The notes beneath the pieces were generated by a model that searched no databases, was not told the DNA's origin, and saw only the letters and a program-made list of their open reading frames with translations. This document shows, one piece after another, positions 58,502 through 64,000 of a stretch of 64,000 nucleotides of DNA (position 1 is its first letter; every line of letters starts with the position of its first letter). Source of the DNA: Macrostomum hystrix (Eukaryota > Animalia > Platyhelminthes); assembly GCA_950097015.1 (NCBI GenBank), contig CATNEN010000030.1, forward strand, positions 1,116,001 to 1,180,000, written 5' to 3'. A program made the position numbers and the translations under genes.

Positions 58502-61500
58502 ATACCACAGCATCAACAGGAGAACTTCAGCATGGAGCAGCAGTCCAATGGTGCAGCTTTATCTGGCTCTTCTGTCCCGAGATTCACGCCGAGGACAGAC
58601 AGTCAGTGGTCCTACCTGGCTCACAGGCTGGCTGCCTATGGCCGAACTACCTCCATGCCAGGTGAGATCCATTTGGCACATTTCTTGCAAACTAGATCAT
58701 GCCAAACCCATAAGCTATGTGATAAGCCGAGGATTTTCACTCATTTATCAAACGCCCATTCATTATTTAGTAATCAATGAGCTCCACTATGCTCAAAGCA
58801 ACTTTCGGAAAGGTACGGATAATTGTGAATGCATGCTGCCAGCAGGTTTGGACAATCTAGTGTTCAAATCAGCTAAGCATTGGGAAAACAAAATCTTGGG
58901 ATTAAGACGGAAACTTGACGATGTGTCTGTCAGCAAGGCTCCCGTCGTTCCAGCTTCCTGTGCGAGCTTTTTCGAAGACAAATTATCAGTTCATAATGTT
59001 AGTTATAAGCTCGCGAATGATATTTGTTAAGTTTAGACTGTTGTTACTAGCTAAAGCAGCAGAGACATTTCAACGACCACAGCTGGTATCTTCAATGGAC
59101 ACAAAGAGCTCAAACTGGTCTACCGAAGAAAATCAGCAATGATCCACAGGAAAAAAAAGACTGACAATTCGGCGGCTTAGCGGCATGTTTGAAAAAATCT
59201 GAAGATTTTTGTCGCAAAAAATAAACCGACTGTTAAAGATAATCTCCCACAGCCCGCTTTGGTTCACTACAACTGCCTAGCATAAGCTGTAGCTCAGGAA
59301 ACTGACAGATCACTTCCTGACAGGCCATCTCTATGTCCTGCAACTCCCAAATAATCTACTCAAATCCGACAGCGTCAGACTGTCTGCAATGAGTTTCTGG
59401 CAGATCCTGGGTCAAGAGCCCCTTATCTCTTAGAATGGGACAATTTTTTGCCAAAAAGGGAAAATCAGCAGTACTGCTCAGCTAGTCTTCCGCCAGGTTG
59501 TCATCTCAGAGGTTCTGATTCGTTGAGGCGTGACATCACAATGCTCTCAGGTGCAGTTGGCAGGACTTTCAAGGCTCAAGGCATTGCATGAGGCAACTCT
59601 TCTGTAGGAACGGTGAATTATGAAATGAGAGTATGAAAGGATTAAACCTTAACAAGTAAACTAACCTTTGTTTTTTAAAGCATGATTCGCGAAAATGGGC
59701 TTCCATTTCGAAGTCCCTGGGCTCCAATCTGCTTTCATGTTGGGCGCAACCTCGGAGAGAAGGCTCGTTGGTTCGTTGTGCAATTTACGCCTTTCATTTC
59801 CAAATCCCAACTCTCAGTGAAAATGTACTTTAACTCATAATGAGAAAATTCAAAACAGGCATACACATCCAACCAATGCCTGTATGAGTGTGTGCCTGCG
59901 TCAGGGGTCAGCGGAACGAGCAAATGTCAACAGCATGATGTGTGTACGGCTTAGGGTTCGCGGCCGCAGGGTGCACTGCGAGCCGGCCAACCGGCCATCC
60001 ATAACAATACACTGCAATCTTCCCTTCAGTCTGCAACACACTGCAATCCCCACTTGAGATTCTCAACACACTGCAATCCCCACTTGAGGTTCACAACACA
60101 CTGCAATCCCCACTTGAGGTCACAACACACTGCAATCCCCACTTGAGGTCACAACACACTGCAATCCTCACATGAGGTTCTCAACACAATGCAATCCCCA
60201 CTTGAGGTTCTCAACACACTGCAATCCCCACTTGAGGTTCTCAACACACTGCAATCCCCACTTGAGGTTCTCAACACACTGCAATCCCCACTTGAGGTCA
60301 CAACACACTGCAATCACCACTTGAGGTCACAACACAATGCAATCCCCACTTGAGGTCACAACACACTGCAATCCTCACATGAGGTTCTCAACACAATGCA
60401 ATCCCCACTTGAGGTTCTCAACACACTGCAATCACCACTTGAGGTCACAACACACTGCAATCCCCACTTGAGGTCACAACACACTGCAATCCCCACTTGA
60501 GGTCACAACACACTGCAATCCCCACTTGAGGTCACAACACACTGCAATCCTCACATGAGGTTCTCAACACAATGCAATCCCCACTTGAGGTTCTCAACAC
60601 ACTGCAATCCCCACTTGAGGTTCTCAACACACTGCAATCCCCACTTGAGGTTCTCAACACACTGCAATCCCCACTTGAGGTTCTCAACACACTGCAATCC
60701 TCACTTGAGGTCACAACACACTGCAATCCCCACTTGAGGTTCTCAACACACTGCAATCCCCACTTGAGGTCACAACACACTGCAATCCCACTTGAGGTTC
60801 TCAACACAATGCAATCCCCACTGCAATTTTATAAATAAGTTAACAAGCATCGCTAAGCTGCCTTGGAGGGCTACGCAAATCGTATTTGACTAGCTGATTA
60901 TAAGGCAAAGTTCCGACGATTTGCTCAGGCTGCGGGCATTGCTAGATTGTATTTTGTATATATACAAGCACATTGTATAGACTTTTTACCCCCACACACC
61001 GATCAATTTATAACACCTTTTAGCGGCACTTTTTTCACACTTTTAATTTGATTTTATTCGACGAGAGATGAGGTGGGTGAACTGATTGCGCAGTGTGATG
61101 TAGAGAATCAGTTAAAGAGACAAATTAGATAAGATAGATAAGTCTAGCCAATAACTTATATAGGCATTAAATTTAAATCGGTTTCACCTTCAGATTAAAT
61201 AGCCTGCTATAAGAAATTCTACCTGTGGAACTGCTGAAAGGTGTATAAAGTATGTAACTCGTAATACTCTAAATGACAGTTTTGGCTGGTCATAGTCTCT
61301 TGGTAAAAGTTCTTTACATCTGCCCTGACTTTCTCATCGTCAGGCAGTGTACAGACTCCCCCTGTGCCTTTGGGGTTGGCCCTCAAGGGCGTAAATTGCA
61401 CCCCAAATGAATGCGGCCTCGTCGCGGAATCGAGCTCAGGGACCTTGGTGCTAGAGGCAAACGCATTAGACCACTCTGCCACTCAACCCCCTGAAACTTT

Positions 61501-63217
61501 CACCTTAATTCGGTCTGAGTACACCCACCCCACTCCAAGTACTTTTTTCTCTTCCCTCTTGCACCCATCCCACTCCGTGTGATCTCACCCTAAAGTCGAG
61601 TCAGTATAGAAGCAGATGAAAACATTCTGAAAGATTAAGTGATCCCACTAGTCTAAAGGAATTAAGAACAATCGATTTTCCCCGTTCGCAACGAGAAGCA
61701 TGATTATTAATGGATCTAGGTAACATAGAGCGCAGAATTTCGGATAGAAAGCAAAGAGTTCCGTTGCTTCAATAGAAGAATTCTCGCATCTTCCGTTCAG
61801 TTAGTTGTACAACAATGACGACTCAGTGGCCCAAGCTGAATGGAGGCCGCGGGAGACCTCGGGAAACAATGGGCTCATTGCTGGCTATAAGGTGCACTTT
61901 TTTAAATTGCCATCTAAAATAGTCGTTAGAAAGTTGTGGCGAGCGAAATTGACGGACTTGGCGGTGGGAGGTGGAGGCTGCCCAGGAAGGTCTCCGGCTG
62001 AAGTGGGCGGGATCCGAATCCCGTGGAAGGCGCTCCGCTTCCGGTTACGTGACGAATGCGCCCAGGAAATTAGTGCGAGGCGACCTCAACTGAAGCCTCA
62101 ATGTTGCGGTGGCCAATGTGAGAGCTAGTTGGTTTGCAATTCCCATTTGATTTTCTGTGAATCAAAATGAAATAGCCGCATTTTCTGTCAATCGTGCCAT
62201 TCTCTGGCGCCTCTTCTCATGTTTACTTTTGCCTATAGGGTTGCTCACTTTAATAGACAGAACAGTGACACTGTTAGACCTACCTCTATCTATATACGAG
62301 CTGACTGAGAGGTCGCGAGTTCGAATCTCAGCTCAATGGAAATCGTTTTAGTACTTGTACCAACAAGACTACGGAGTGACACGAGGGTGTCTGGAGGAGA
62401 CTAGGGAGTGGGGTGGGTTGACGCGAGGATGTCTGGAGAAGACTGTGGAGTGGGGTGGGTTGATGCGAGGGTATCTGGAGAAGACTGGGGAGTGGGGTGG
62501 GTTGACGCGAGGGCATCTGGAGAAGAATGTGGAGTGTGGTGGGTTGACGCGAGGGTATCTGGAGAAGAATGTGGAGTGTGGTGGGTTGACGCGAGGGTAT
62601 CTGGAGAAGAATGTGGAGTGTGGTGGGTTGACGCGAGGGTATCTGGAGAAGACTGTTGAGTGGGTGGGTTGACGCGAGGGTATCTGGAGAAGAATGTGGA
62701 GTGTGGTGGGTTGACGCGAGGGTATCTGGAGAAGAATGGGGAGTGGGTGGGTTGAAAAGAGGGTGTAGTATGGTGTAGTGTCATGTGCAACAAACTAAAA
62801 AAGTTGGGTGTGTACTTTTCATCATTTAATCTACACTAAGTAACGCAGATACTGATTCGGTGTCGCACCGTAATTTTCATCCTATCCCAGGCGTCAACCG
62901 GCTGTCGGAGGCTTCTAGCACAGCCAGCCGAATCTACTGGTGCCTACTAGGCCTGTTGGCGTCTAGCTTTTGCATCTACCACGTGGTGTGGCTGATCTAC
63001 GCGTTCGAGACCAGCCCAGTTAGCTCCGTGTTACGCCAGGGCGCAACTCCGTTCGTATTTCCTGATGTGACGATCTGCTCTATGACTCCAACTGACCCAA
63101 CGCTAATTTACAAGCACATCAATGTGCACAGCAAGCTGCAGTACTTCTTTACAACCATTATCACACCGCCAAGGCTCAAGCCGCTGGTCCGCATTCGTAA
63201 GGTGCTCAACTCGACAG
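58382..63217 (+). CDS. DEG/ENaC (degenerin/ASIC/FaNaC-family) channel gene, 5' part; exons 58382-58661 and 62891-~63217 (or 63196); continues past the window
   Basis: Exon 1 (poly-Q N-terminus) ends ATG CCA G|GTGAGA, and exon 2 begins after CCTATCCCAG|GC GTC, giving RTTSMPGVNRL...RIYWCLL (TM1)...PVSS...FPDVTIC, the family's pre-M1/M1/post-M1 signature. Confidence 0.8.
58443..58500 (+). repeat. (CAG)n coding repeat giving a poly-glutamine tract
   Basis: CAG run in frame within ORF 58382..58780. Confidence 0.9.
59700..59950 (+). mobile_element. Strongly diverged SINE family A copy in the ENaC intron
   Basis: TTGTGCAATTTACGCC, AATGAGAAA and CCTGTATGAGTGTGTGCCTGCGTCAGGGGTCAGCG occur in the family order. 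Confidence 0.45.
60035..60826. repeat. 29/30-bp tandem repeat (AACACACTGCAATCCCCACTTGAGGTCAC / ...GAGGTTCTC), ~27 copies
   Basis: Read directly from the sequence; related to the 56249..57974 repeat. Confidence 0.93.
61310..61490 (-). mobile_element. SINE family A, 5' half with a clear tRNA-like head
   Basis: Reverse complement GGGGGTTGAGTGGCAGAGTGGTCTAATGCGTTTGCCTCTAGCACCAAGGTCCCTGAGCTCGATTCC shows A- and B-box-like motifs, followed by the family body. Confidence 0.75.
62380..62755. repeat. 42-bp G-rich tandem repeat (GGGTATCTGGAGAAGAATGTGGAGTGTGGTGGGTTGACGCGA), ~9 copies, intronic
   Basis: Read directly from the sequence. Confidence 0.9.
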
Positions 63218-63310
63218 GTGAAAAAATAGAGTGTGAAGAGATATTGTAATTATCTGGCGTCTGTACTTTTTCAGTTAAGAATCGAGCAGTGGGGTGGTAT
63301 TATGCAAGCA

Positions 63311-63490
63311 CAAGTGATATGACTTAGGAGTGGGGTGGCTGCGGGAATGTGCGCAAGCGATATGACTTGGGAGTGGGGTGGCTGCGGGAATGTGCGCAAG
63401 CGATATGACTTGGGAGTGGGGTGGCTGCGGGAATGTGCGCAAGTGATATGACTTGGGAGTGGGGTGGCTGCGGGGATGTGCGCAAGTGAT
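63311..63490. repeat. 43-bp G-rich tandem repeat (GATATGACTTGGGAGTGGGGTGGCTGCGGGAATGTGCGCAAGC), ~4 copies
   Basis: Read directly from the sequence. Confidence 0.85.
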
Positions 63491-64000
63491 AAAATTTTTA
63501 TTGAGGTTGGTATGGCTATTTAAAACTGAGCAGTTATCAAATAAAGGACAACACCAGCCTACTTGATAAAAATAGACCAAAGTCGAGAAAATGGCGTTGT
63601 TATAGTTTCTGACGCCATAAAGTGCACAAAAACACTCGCTTTAAAACGTATGGATATATTTGACACTGTGGTACTGTTTGCAGTGGCTAAAACTCAATGA
63701 GGCGATGCATATAGAGGCTAGCAGAAATCTAGGTCTTAAATCTTGAATTGGCTGCCGGTGCTTAAAAGCCGCGACGGTTATTACTGAATCTGAATATAGT
63801 GAGAGCCAATGCGGCAGAGACCCGGACATTGGAGGCTGGGTTCTGAATAACCGGCATTGGAGCCGCACAATATCCCCACTCTTACAGTCCTCTTTACTCA
63901 GCTGTTTTTCTGTTTCGCATTGTTTCAACTGCATAGCCTTTGAAGGCTGTCTAAAAGCCACTTGAATGAAACAAGTGAAGCCCCCTCACTTCTATTATAG

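Noticed and set aside
44851-60826. 29-30-bp repeat arrays as CRISPR arrays
   Set aside because: Units are contiguous with no unique spacers, there are no cas genes, and the context is eukaryotic
61420-61490. True tRNA genes at the SINE heads (also 5193, 40607 and ~62300)
   Set aside because: A/B-box-like motifs are present, but I could not see a complete cloverleaf or acceptor stem, and most continue into SINE bodies
42109-62793. ORFs translated from minisatellites (MGLALYDYRIT, NELEVDIQFL, CVVTSSVDWS, LRTSSGDCSV, RGYLEKNVECGG and similar)
   Set aside because: They are open only because the unit lacks a stop in some frame; they lie in introns or intergenic DNA with no supporting gene structure

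Overview
Eukaryotic, intron-containing, repeat-rich animal DNA. An invertebrate, possibly a free-living flatworm such as Macrostomum, is an inference from the TE types, gene families and satellite load; it is not provable here. Contents in order: (1) the 3' end of an RTE-like LINE. (2) A convergent pair of four-exon genes encoding ~10 ankyrin repeats fused to a Mab-21/cGAS-like nucleotidyltransferase (cGLR). The two copies are a mosaic of near-identical and diverged tracts, and the minus-strand copy is interrupted by a young CsRn1-type Ty3/Gypsy element (identical 261-bp LTRs, TGAT target duplication). (3) A decayed Tc1 element and an adjacent multi-hairpin foldback. (4) A convergent pair of divergent iGluR/IR-like channel genes. 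(5) Between them, a two-exon gene for a signal-peptide-bearing protein of ~2,470 aa that is over 50% arginine and built from modular repeats. (6) Many minisatellites and tRNA-derived SINEs, plus a 5'-truncated RNase H LINE. (7) The first two exons of a DEG/ENaC channel gene. The most interesting candidates are the ANK-cGLR innate-immune-like pair and the giant secreted polyarginine protein. Gene models were spliced by hand from GT/GC-AG sites and frame checks; no database searches were run.
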